A DNA stretch of 63,051 bases, filler included, from Asterionella formosa (Eukaryota), in assembly GCA_002256025.1 (NCBI GenBank). It is 12 parts of 12 records of this genome, joined end to end, with 100 filler letters (N's around TTAATTAATTAA, not from the genome) between each part and the next. Parts side by side here need not be neighbours in the genome. Positions count along the whole stretch, not along the records: positions 1 to 23,764 come from NKIB01002389.1; 11 more parts are not named here. One strand, 5' to 3'. A model generated the notes under the pieces. That model was not told the DNA's origin and did not search any database. It saw nothing but the letters and a program-made list of their open reading frames with translations. Positions 1 through 11,721 of this stretch are shown here, one piece after another; the first letter of the stretch is position 1; each line of letters starts with the position of its first letter. The translations under genes and the position numbers were made by a program.

Positions 1-341
1 CGTTGCACTCGCGCATCAATGTCGTGCCAAGTAACATTGTCATCCAAGACTGGCAAACTAATGTAGTCTTGAATATTTCCATTTGCAATGTGCTCGGGAG
101 TGTGGAGAATAGAGACGGCGCCGGCTTGTTCGGCAAAGGCGTTGGGGGTTGATTCCTCCAACAGCGACGACAGCGTGGATATCTTTGATGTGCCAGACTC
201 GGCAAGGCTATTTTTCAAGAAGAGAGAAACGATAACGGCGACAAGGTACAATAGAACGGTGAGTGACACGACGATGACCCGGCCGCTGCAGCAAGAGCAT
301 ATCGACGACCAGGTCTTCTTGTTCCTTGTCACGGCCACCAT
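1..341 (-). CDS. 5' part of a predicted type II membrane protein gene, running off the contig end
   Basis: ATG at 341 opens a stop-free frame to base 1: MVAVTRNKKTWSSICSCCSGR, a hydrophobic segment VIVVSLTVLLYLVAVIVSLFL, then a polar stalk. Not in the ORF track because it has no stop. Confidence 0.6.
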   Translation of the reverse strand, partial: MVAVTRNKKTWSSICSCCSGRVIVVSLTVLLYLVAVIVSLFLKNSLAESGTSKISTLSSLLEESTPNAFAEQAGAVSILHTPEHIANGNIQDYISLPVLDDNVTWHDIDARVQ

Positions 342-621
342 CTTTCACCTGGTTGCGATGGGTAACCAGAAAAGAAGAAAAGAAGAGCTGTAAACAAAAG
401 GGGGAGAGGAGGATGAGGATGAGGAGTTGACAAACAACAATCAATATGTATGGACAACAAACTGCCTGTACAGGTGATCCACAGCAGCATTATGAGGCCT
501 GTGATACATTACTGTGACTTTAGGCCGATTCTTATATTAGGATCCGAAAATAAGAGCATCTTCACCGCCTTAACCAAATACCAAGCCATCGATTGAAGTT
601 GCTCGTAATTAAACGTCATGA

Positions 622-877
622 TGTTAGGAAACCTACATACGACAATGGTACATGATGATGGATGGACTATGGTCCAACACAAATTTAGTAAGAAAAAGCG
701 CCATGGAGGGCGCCACATCAACACAGAAGTGATCAGCACTTCGATTGCCACATCGAATGCTCCTCACTTTAATCAATTAACTGGTTTACAATCAATTCGA
801 CCACTCTGTGTAAACATTCCCCTCATCCTGTTGTCTTATCGGCACAGTTGGGGGATGCAAATACTGTAGTTTCAACA
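622..877 (+). repeat. 5' LTR (256 bp)
   Basis: TGTTAGG...TTTCAACA; 4 substitutions versus the 3' LTR by manual comparison. Confidence 0.95.
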
Positions 878-929
878 TAATTAATTGAAGGTTGAAGTAA
901 CAGTGGCAAAATGGGGACCAGTGACAACA

Positions 930-3900
930 ATGGCCCCAGGGATGACAATACAAGCACTCCACAAAAGGAAAAGAAGGAATCAGTGGAGACCGGAAAAAAC
1001 AACACAAGTATGGGTACCACAAGCACATGATACCAAGACATCCCAAGTTCTTTGAGGGCAAGTGTGATGACCTAAAAGGCCAGCCACATCTATGACTGCT
1101 CTGATGTCAGACAGTCAGATATCTTCATGAAGACTACAAAGGAGATTGGATAATTAGTTGGAAGGACATACGAGTATGGTGGGCACATCCGGTTGGTTAT
1201 TGAGAATCTGGAGTTACCAGCCAGTTATGGCCAAACCAACAAGTGACCCACCTGAAAACGCGACCAGAACTCAAGAAAGGATCAGGGAAAAGCAAGTCGA
1301 TGAGTTTTTCAAGAGAAGCAGCTACCTTACTGAGAATTTCAAGACTCTATATTCATTGGTGTGGGGACAGTGTACCGACATCATGTGGCAGAAGATCAAG
1401 GCACTGGAGACATTCGATACTATGTCAAGTGCAGGTGATGGACTATCACTATTGAAGGCCATTAAGGACATGGCATACAATTTCCAGAGCCAAAAATATC
1501 TCCCCCACTCACTACATGAATCAAAGCGGCGATTCTACCTAAACAACACAAGCATACTTAGAACAGTTCCAAAACTTAGTCGACGTGATTGAACACAGTG
1601 GCGGGTATATTGGGCATGAACCAGGAATCGAAAAAGTCCTTACCACAGAGCAGGGAAAGAATCTGTCAACAATGACCTCATCTATGAGAGAGGAATTAAA
1701 AAGGAATGCTCAGGGGCAGTATCTTGACGTTGCTTTCCTACTCGGTGCTGACCGATCACGCTTTGGAAGGCTGATCGAGAACCTGGAGAACGACTTTTTG
1801 CAAGGTCAGAATAATTATCCTACTACAGTTACTGCTGCATATCTTCTTCTCACAAATTGGAAGCAGGAGTCACGGGATCTTGTGCGCCCAATCGGGCCTG
1901 CCAGTGATGGTGTATCATTCACAAATGTTGATGATAATACAACTGATCCTGAAGTCACTCTCGCAAACAACGGGCAAACAAAGAAAAACAATGGGCCACG
2001 TGACAGGGCCAGTGTGACATGTCACAATTGTGGCAAACAAGGGCATTATGCAAATGAGTGTACTGGGGAACGCCAGTTTGGAGCAACAATGCTCATCATG
2101 GATGGTATGGAGGGTGGAGAGTTTGATGGCAAACAACATTTCCAATTCCTTCAGCATCATCATACCGGAATTGCAATGAAAATTGACACAAATGGGTGTG
2201 TTCCCAACACATGGATACTGCTTCTTGATAACCAGTCAACTGTGGATGTGTTTCACAATGCTGGGTTGCTAAGGAACATACATGAGGGTGACACCCACAT
2301 GGACATACATTGCAATGCTGGAGTCACTAGTACCAACATGGTTGACAATTTGCCTGGATATGGTACAGTCTCTCCTTATCCCGAGTGAAGGAAAAGGGAT
2401 ACAGAGTTACATATGACAGCACAAACGGGAACGAGTTCATTGTTCACAAACCAGATGGGAGTTCAAGAATATTTAAGGAATCTGAGCAAGGGCTGTACTT
2501 CATGGACACCAGTGCCAGCGCACAAGCCATTGCTCTAATCAACACAGTAGCAGAGAATCAGTCTAGCTACACAAACCGTGAGTACTCCCGTGCTATGCTA
2601 GCTCATAAAATCCAAAGAATGATAGGACGACCAAGCACACGCACCTTAATGAAAATTGTTGACAACAACCTACAACCCAACTGTCCAATTAATCGAAGTG
2701 ACATTGCTGCGGCAGAAAACATTTTTGGGCCGGATGTGGGATCTCTTAAAGGCAAAACCGTCCACCGGGCGCAGCCACACGAGTAGAGGCCTACACTGTC
2801 AATATCCCAGCAGAAATAATGAGCCGATACCATAACATCATCCTTGCTGGAGACATCATGTTTGTCAACAAGATAGAGTTTTTTATGACAGTATCCCGAT
2901 ACATCAAATTTGGAACTGTCGAGATGATGAAAAATCAGCAAAATAAAGCAATCCATGCTGCAATAAAGCATGTAAAGAGGGCACTGCAATACCTAGCTAA
3001 TGTTCTTAAAACAGAAGCGTAATGGCACAATTAAGGGCAGAGGATGTGCAGATGGAAGAAAACAACGAGATTACATCTCCAAGGAAGAATCCAGCTCACC
3101 CACAGTGGCAATTGAATCAGTTATGTTGTCAACAAGATTACACCCCCAAGGAAGGCAGAATCCAGCTCACAACCCACAATGGCAATTGAATCAGTAATGT
3201 TGTCAAGCATCATAGATGCAAAGGAACGTCGAGACATTGCGACCGTTGACATCCCAGGTGCATTTTTGCAAGCCGACATGGAAGACAAAATCCACAAGAA
3301 ATTGGAGGGGGAAATGGCTGAACTCCTTGTCAGAATCGATCCAAAATTAAATAGGAAACATGTGCAGGTTGAACGTGGAAAACAGGTGCTTTATGTTGAG
3401 CTTTAAAAAGCGATCTATGGCACTCTTAAGGCTGCTTTCTTATTTTGGAGGCGGTTAACAAATGAACTTAAAAGTTGGGGATTCGTAGTGAACAACCCCT
3501 ATGACTGGTGCTTCATGAATAAGATAATTGATGATAAGCAATGCACAATTTTGTGGCTTGTGGACGATTTGAAGATATCGCGTGTCAACCCCACAGTGGT
3601 TACATATATGATCACACAATTGCAAGGAACATTCGGGAAAGAGGCACCACTAACCATTACATGCAGAAAGGTGCATGACTACCTGGACATTTTCCTTGAT
3701 TACTCAGCCCTCGGAAAAGTAAAGTTTTCTATGACCGATTATATTAAAAAAATGCTGGCCTACCTCCCAGATGCGATGAATGCTGGAGAGGCCGCCAATC
3801 CAGCTGCAGCACACCTTTTTGAAACTAATGGAACTGGTTCCACTCTGCTTGACGAGGAACAGGCTGACATTTTCCATCACAATGTTGCCAAGATTCTGTT

Positions 3901-4530
3901 TCTGTGCAAATGGGCTGGTCCCGACATACAGTAGCGTTCCTCTCCTGTACCCGAGTGAAGGGAACAGATACAGATGACTACAAAAAGCTTGCCCGCGAAA
4001 TGAAATATCTCAGGAGCACTATTCATATGCCCCTCACCCTTGAAGCAGATAACATGAAAATTATCAAATGGTGGATTGATGCGTCCTCATTTGCTGTTCA
4101 TTCCGACATGAAAAACTACAATGGTGGTGCCATGACCCTTGGGAAAGGAATGATATATGCCACATCCACTCGCCAAAAAACAATACCAGGAGTTGCACTG
4201 AAGGAAAATTGGTGGGTGTCATTGATGTCATGCCGCAGGTTCTTTGGACTCGCTATTTCCTCGAAGCACAGGGATATGATATTACAGACTCACTTATCTA
4301 CCAGGACAAGAACCAGAGTGCCATACTATTGGAAAATAATGGGCGCTCTTCCAGCAGTAGACGGACTCGACATATTAACATTTGGTACTTCTTTGTTACC
4401 AACCGTGTTGCCTCCAAGGAGGTGTCTATCACATATTGCCCAACTGGCGATATGATTGCTGATTTTTTAACAAAGCCCCTCCAGGGGTCATTATTCAAGA
4501 ATTTTCGGGATCAAATCCTGAACATTGATC
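930..4530 (+). pseudogene. Copia gag-pol pseudogene
   Basis: Zn knuckle CHNCGKQGHYANEC (~2020-2061); protease LDNQST (~2224-2241); integrase start DIMFVN..FMTVSR; RT motifs KGRGCADG, VDIPGAFLQA, WLVDDLKIS; RNase H WIDAS, YQD.NQSAI, ADFLTKPLQG. Many frameshifts. Confidence 0.92.
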
Positions 4531-4563
4531 CATTGACTGAAAGCTCATTGGATCACAGGAGTG

Positions 4564-4819
4564 TGTTAGGAAACCTACATACGACAATGGTACATGATGA
4601 TGGATGGACTATGTTCCAACACAAATTTAGTAAGAAAAAGCGCCATGGAGGGCGCCACATCAACACAGAAGTGATCAGCACTTCGATTGCCACATCGAAT
4701 GCTCCTCACTTTAATTAATTAACTGGTTTACAATCAATTCGACCACTCTGTGTAAACATTCCCCTCATCCTGTTGTCTTATTGGCACAGTTGGGGAATGC
4801 AAATACTGTAGTTTCAACA
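4564..4819 (+). repeat. 3' LTR (256 bp)
   Basis: Near-identical to 622-877; preceded by purine-rich CAGGAGTG. Confidence 0.95.
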
Positions 4820-5019
4820 CATGATGCGTCGCATTGGTCGAAAAGGGGAATAATTTTAGCCACCACATCAACTAAGGCCAAAATTGCTTTGGTCTTGGTA
4901 AACTATGACGCTCTAAATGTATTTGGTCAATTAAACACCAACCGAAGCAATATAAGTGGACCATGATGGAAGCAACCAAATCAGACATTTGGAAATAAGT
5001 ATCTCCATGATTCCACATC

Positions 5020-5930
5020 AGTGTGTCACTGTTGTCCTCACTGATCCACTCTAACTAGCATAGCAAGCAGCAGACAATGTCATCAAACGAAAGTCAAGAG
5101 GTACTTGTTGCAATCCCAAATTGAGCTTCAGCAGGCAGGATAGAGTGAGAAGAATAATTGTGAGGACGAAATTGGGTAATATTTGAACTATATAATTTAA
5201 CATTCTGGTCTCGTAAAGATAATACCAAGTCTACAGCATAAACATTATTATGTGTTAAATAAAAGTAAGCATTAAAGTTTAGATTAAACCATGCATGGTT
5301 GTTTTAAGTATCACATATTTTTGTAGGCTAGATGACTAAAACATCCATTAAGTATCATCAAATGCATGACTGGAGCAAAAACTTGCCACAAACATCAGAT
5401 ACACAGCACTGACACCATTGTTTGTCCAACGAAATATGGACAATGTAACTACATGAATCTCACGAGAAGACAAGCAATCCAACAACCAACCGCATCTGTT
5501 AGACAATGAATCACTAATGGCGTCATCACTGAACTTATTTCGCTTCAGACTGGGCATTATGGACGATGATCGGCATGGTGAAAGGTGAATTGCCGGAGCC
5601 AGTTTTCAGGCAAGGAACAAAACCGAGGTGAATTCTAGATATAAATTATTAAAATTTGTAGAGTATATAAAATGGTTTCCTTAAGTAGACCCCTTGCCAA
5701 TTTCGACAAATCCCAGGGCTGGAAAAGGAGGGGCAATTGGCGTCTGTTGTCTTGCCGAAATGCGAGCATACGAAATATACAAAATATATTTTAATGATGG
5801 GCAATATTGGACGACCTTTGGCAAGATATTATGTGAAGATAGGAAACATACAAAATATATTTTATATGATGGGTTATAGTAAGCTAAAAATGACATTTAT
5901 GCTTTATTTGTGGGCAGGAGATAAGCGAAT
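5020..5930 (+). repeat. Dispersed modular non-coding repeat, copy 1
   Basis: Aligns by eye with 14215-15130 and 47709-48440; shared blocks include GAGGTGAATTCTAGATATAAAT and TTTCCTTAAGTAGACCC. Confidence 0.85.
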
Positions 5931-6344
5931 ACCCTATCTGGAGCAGCTTGGCGATCATACTCAATCAGAATGGAATGGAATGATCAGGGTTGTTTGGTGG
6001 GGAAAATACTGTGGGTGGAAGGACTGTAACTTGTTTCACCAGGCTACTACAGCAATGTTCATGGCTGCAGCAACCAGATCATCTTCGCTACGTCACGTTG
6101 CATATCTCAATTGGGTTCAGTTGTTTTCTTGCTTCTTATCTGTTTTACTTACTCTTTGATTGTGTGGCAATCGAAGTTCAATGTTGCCTGTGTAAGTACT
6201 ACAATGAGTGAAAATTCATACTTCTCCATTGAAACTCCTATTTTTTTACTCCATTTTGCATGTTACATTTATTCTCATGTGTTTTAGTACGCTTGTTGTA
6301 CCCTTTCTATGTATTTTACCGTTATTCTGGCTGTCATGCTAAAA

Positions 6345-6653
6345 TTGGCAAATTTAATCCCGAAAAATTCGATGTGCCCCATATTGCCCTTAAATAAAAA
6401 TAACTAAGAGCCTAAAATTACTTAGAAGTACCCAAATGGCAAGACGATAGCTAGAGAAGGAATTGTCTCAACAATAATACCCTTCTTGGTGGATACATGC
6501 TTGTGTACTCGGTTGGGATGGCACTGTTAGGGTTATCGTCTTGCCATTCAGGTACTTGTAAGTAATTTCGGGCTCTAAGTAATTTGTTTAATAATATTTA
6601 TTTAGGGGCAATATGCTGGGGTACATCGAATTTTTCGGCATTAAAATTGCCAA
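6345..6653. mobile_element. Foldback/MITE-like element with ~110-bp imperfect inverted arms
   Basis: TTGGCAAATTTAATCCCGAAAAATTCGATGTGCCCC...ATGGCAAGACGATAGC is mirrored by GTTATCGTCTTGCCAT...GGGGTACATCGAATTTTTCGGCATTAAAATTGCCAA. No clear TSD. Confidence 0.6.
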
Positions 6654-6710
6654 CATCCTCCTTTTACTCCTGATACTACAAAGGCTCGTTTAATCTTTCT
6701 ACTCCCGTAG

Positions 6711-9700
6711 ATTCTGTCTTGAATTCTGCCAGTGAGAATGAAGATGATGATTCACTCGATTCCGGTTCAAGAAAGGTTGCTGCTATTGAGACCACCCATA
6801 ATATTCACCCTACGTTTGTTTTTGAAAATCTTTGCAATCGAAGTGATCAGGTGAAGTATGACAAAACTCAAAGATGAGCACATCAGTCTTCAAGAAATCC
6901 ACAACAAACTCAAAGATGAGCACACCAGTCTTCAAGAAATCCACAATGACCTTGTTTGTTCTTACTATAAAATCTCATCTGACCTGAATCACTACAAAGG
7001 GCAACATTCAGTTCAAGTTTCATCCTTACATCGTTATGAAGATTCATCCGCTTTAGCAGCGAATTCAGCACGACGTTTGTTTCTAGCTAAAATGGATCCC
7101 TCTGTTGTCGCAAAAGTTGTTAGTGATATTATCAAAACCAAGAAATTTTGCTGTGAACAGGTAAGTGATGTATTGCTATACATCAGACTTACTATGGATG
7201 TTTTGTTACTAAAAGGATGTCACTTAAACCTATTTTTGCATTTCCCAAAAAGGCTATGAACACCCAGCCACATCTGCAAGTTGCAACTCCGTAGGCAAAT
7301 CGGATGTGAATGCAGATTGGTTTGCTAACCGATTTATCTCCCGGTTATTTCAACTTAAACTGCAGTTAGGCAAAGAAGCAGAGAGTTATCCTGAATTTTC
7401 AAATTACATATGGAATGGATGTGATGCATAACTTTCCGGATAATTATGGAATGGAATGTACAAACAAAGCACATCTAGAATATATCAACTCTACGTTTGG
7501 AGGTATGTGCATTAATAAAATGCGAGAACGACAAAATAAATTCAACTATCATTTTAAATCGATTTTAAGCAAGTCAATCGTGATGTTTTGTTCTACAGTT
7601 AAAACTTTTAATTCTTCTACTTCGATGTTCTAAAAATTTTCTTGTATTAGTTGGTGTTACAGAAGATTACTTCAACAAGCTTGGTACTTTGGAGTTCGTC
7701 TGCAAATAAAAACTATCATGAATATAGGATCAAGGGTATCGTACGCTAAGTGGCACAGGATTTTTACATATACGATAGTTTTGGGATTAAAAACATGATC
7801 AATGTTTCACATAATTATGATCATGCAGTGAACTTTTACCAAGCTTGAATTATGATGATACTATCATAGTTATAATGCCATTGCATCATATAATTAAGTC
7901 CTATGATGTGTATACTTTTGTCATGCATCTATCTTAGCATGATCGTAATTCTCATCGATATCACTGTCAAAAATCGGATGAAATGGATCGAAATTTACAA
8001 CTATATTTAAGAATGGCTCTAGGTGTCTTTATCTTGCTTGAGTGGCTACAGAATGTTCTACAATGCTCTCATCGCAATGATTGGTGCTTCAGCTTTCACT
8101 TCTACCTTCCCCCCAATCCAGTTCTGAATGTTGTTGTATTAGTGCTGGTTCCCTTGCCCTTGTTCCCCTGCTTTGTTCCCTTAACTCCTGACGGATCTGA
8201 GTTTGCATTCATGCATTTTCTTATTACTATTGAATCCATTTTGTTGTTCCAATCATACTAACAAAGAGAAGCAATTGATTGTTAGCTGTTCATGTTTTGC
8301 TTACACAACAACATGCATTTCGTTTCTAAGTTCACTTACCACAAATTGAGGAAGTAACTGATGCATATTTCTGTAAAAGAATGATCCTTCATTTCAGGAG
8401 CAAAGTGTATGCATGACAAGGAACATGAAAACATGATTTCAAATGTTTCAGCCATGTATACGTATATAAAGATTTGTAAGTTTAAATGTATATATAGTTA
8501 AACATGTGCATAGTTTTAAACATGCTCATCATACGGCACATCCTGTGTATACTAACATCAATTTTGATTGTGCATAATGCAAATATATACAATGCATGAT
8601 CAGTTCATAGTTTTCTACGACCTGTTGAATTTTTTCAATTTGTTTGTTTCAATTCTTGTACTTACAGGTCAGTGGCTGATTTAATTAAGCCCCTTAATAA
8701 ACGGGAGTCATCCTCACCAATTTTTCAAATGGTCGAAATCATACATTTATGTATATAGACACATTGAGCATATACATTCGAAAAATTCATATGGCCTACC
8801 GGTAGTACTGTTATCTTGCTGGGTATTACTTCTATCATGGGAATACCACAATAGTGCAGCGGAAAACTGAATATGCTCATGTGTATAGGATCATTTGATC
8901 ATATTTCTAAGATCAATTAATCCTGATTCCTTAAAATAAATTTTGATCTTTCATTTTCTCATCAACGATACCATATATCATATGATCAATATGTTATGAT
9001 CAAAGGTATAGGATAAATGAATCAAAATTTATTGATTAAAGATCCTAGTTTATACCGGAGTTGTTGCTCTTGCATACAACCCCTTCCCCCCCTGTATACA
9101 GTACAGAAGTGATAACCCCCTAGCTACCAAATTTTTATGTCTTGGAAGAATTATCGCAGCATGCATGCATATGTACATGACTCCTACTGGTATATACAAT
9201 GCAGAAATGATGACCACCAGACTACAAATCCTATAGGTCCTTTAGAATTATCGCAACATGGCTGCATATCTAATGAAAGGGAGGAGTCATCCATGCACCT
9301 GTATAGTATGAAATATGAAAATGATCAAATATAGTCTACACAAGGAGCAGTGCATCACATATGCCCTGTTATTTTAATTCCTATGAAATCTATTGATCTG
9401 TTCTGCGCTTTTTCGCCACAGTTGTTTTCATTGGCTGTTTCAATGGACAACAATCGAATTGATTGTGCTTCGAACAAAGCAATGATCAAAGACCACCCCA
9501 TTGCAGAATGGTGAGTCTCAAAACTATGTATCAGCCAGGTGATTAAAATTGGACTGTCTTTTGTGCACCCTTGTTGTGTTTGTACATTGACTTTGACTTG
9601 GCAACTGTCAGCCAAGAGCAGCCATGTTATGCCTCTATTTATTGTCTATACGAATTTTCGAATGCATTCAGCTATTATAACTTTGCTCCTAGACACTATC

Positions 9701-11250
9701 TCATCTCACCACCTTTTTCATAGATTTTTCTTTATCCTTTGGCTGCACAGGCACAGGTTACTCAATGCCTTCATCTGCAAGTTCAGCCAAGCACGTTGGC
9801 CTCAAGAAAACCTCAACCCCGATTTTGCTCATATGCTCCGCCCATCGACTTCTTCATTGATGAAGTCGAGGTAGCTATACTGATGTCAGATGGCGCAGGC
9901 TTGTGTATAGCTAGATTGATGATGCCGTAAGCATTGCTTCCTTTTCCGGTAGGTACCTATTTGTCAACATTGTTTGGGTCAATCCATTCTTGTTCCCGCA
10001 AGACCAGAAGCAATTATCCCTTTAATTCTGCTCCCAAGAACCTTCATTTCTCTTTCACAATTGTCCTGATGTTTGCAGAGCATTTTTAGTTACCTTTTGA
10101 ATTTTTCACTGGTTTCAACCCCTTTTGCATTCACGTCAAGAAACAAGCAACTCATTGAGCAACAATCAACAGATCATGGCGGCTGTTCTCCATTTTCTGT
10201 AGCAAGTGACATTCAAGAAGGGTCTGGGATCATTGGGGAGAAAAATAAGTAGGCTTCTCTGTGTTTGCCCCCGCCTGTTTGGCAGCCATTCTACCATTGC
10301 TTTCTCTCAATCAATACTAGCTAGTATAGCTAATGAAAACCGTAATTAGATGAAATGTGACTTCCGGTTTCTAATATTTTACATTGTTGCATTACTGAAA
10401 CTTGAATCCATAAATGGTCATTCAACTTGTGCTTCTTGCATTTTGGCAGTATAGACCGGCTGGTGATCAGATGATCATAATCCTATGATGCATCATAGGA
10501 ATATGATGGTTTTTATTTGCAGACGTTTATTGGTTGGGCATGCAAGTTGTATGCATTTGCTCAAGCAAGTATCATTGAAAGAGCAAGCAATTCCTATCAC
10601 CTATGGATTGATGTTCTTGCTCGATTTCATTTTATAGGTAGGGTCAGTCGTGGCGACCACTATCTTGTAGGAGAGAAAGTTGGGGAAATTAAATTCCTTC
10701 TAACTGATCGAGCTAAATGTGAATTACAATCAAGGTTTGTTGGTTCGGTTATTAATGCTTCGACAGAAGCATTTTGTTTCCTTGTATTAAAAGGGAAATT
10801 CCGATAACAACCTGGATGGATTAATTATAATCCTTCCTCTAATTTACCTCAAGACCAATTACCTCGTTTCTGGCTGGATGTTGTTGATATCTTTGGAAAA
10901 TCACTTTTAAAGAAAAGAATGAGAGAGCTAAGTTCAGTGTCAGGAGGTCTCACTGATCAATGGACTGATGTCTTATTGGAATATTATCAACAATTTTGTG
11001 GTGATGTTGCACAGGATAATCGATCTGTACAAGCAATGAACTGAAGCGGTTCGGTCAGTAAAGCACCTCAAAGTCACTTTCCAAAAACATATTTTTCTTT
11101 CTCTGAAATCCCAGAGGAGCAAATGAAAAAATATGGTGGAAATGAACTTCGACAAGATGATGTTGCTGGTAGTAGCATCAATTTACGACATTGTGGAAAT
11201 CTTCAGATCATGACGGACGATGAAGATATTGAATGGGAGTAATAACGGTT
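6711..11250 (+). pseudogene. Degenerate multi-exon gene with a coiled-coil segment, interrupted by the TIR element at 7697-10525
   Basis: 42-bp duplicated KLKDEHxSLQEIHN; GTAAGT donor at 7161; reading EDYFNKLGTLE|FIGWACKLYAF is restored when the insertion is removed. Confidence 0.55.
7697..10525. mobile_element. Non-autonomous TIR DNA transposon with CGTCTG ends and 2-bp TSD (CACTA/Plavaka-like by inference)
   Basis: 23-bp TIR CGTCTGCAAATAAAAAC(T/C)ATCAT at both ends; TT at 7695-7696 and 10526-10527. Confidence 0.88.
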
Positions 11251-11721
11251 AATATTAATATTAATCATTGATTTAATTTATATTTACAGCTAGCTATCAT
11301 CATTCACTAGACATTTTTTGTTCCCACCCAATTGATTTCCAAAAATGGCGTGCAGGTAGGGAAACATTCTAATTGCTCCTATACCTCCTTGGACTTCACT
11401 GGTCAGCGGTATGAATAGAATTGAATATAACAAAATGTCCAAGAATTTTTTTTCGTCAATAAATACCGAATACCAGTACATACATGTATATTCAATAATG
11501 TGTCATGTTGTACATAGTACAAAGCACTTCAATCTTATTATGCAACACTAACCTTTAAAATTTTAGCTTATCTCTAAGCTGCAATATGTTGTCAAATGCG
11601 CTGACAAAGAGAGCGAATTTCTCATTGATAGCAATGTCACTTGAGAGTCCAAATGATACTTACTCCCAATTGAAAGGGGAAATTTCAGCTGTAGCATCAC
11701 CACGCATGGTGAAGGTAGGCG

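Larger units (their letters stand above)
622..4819 (+). mobile_element. Ty1/Copia LTR retrotransposon (CoDi-like), internally deleted and frameshifted
   Basis: 256-bp LTRs with TG...CA ends; 5-bp TSD CATGA at 617-621 and 4820-4824; domain order gag, protease, integrase fragment, RT, RNase H. Confidence 0.95.

Noticed and set aside
618..869. ORF in the LTR, repeated at the end of ORF 4209-4718
   Set aside because: Read-through into LTR sequence with no protein features.
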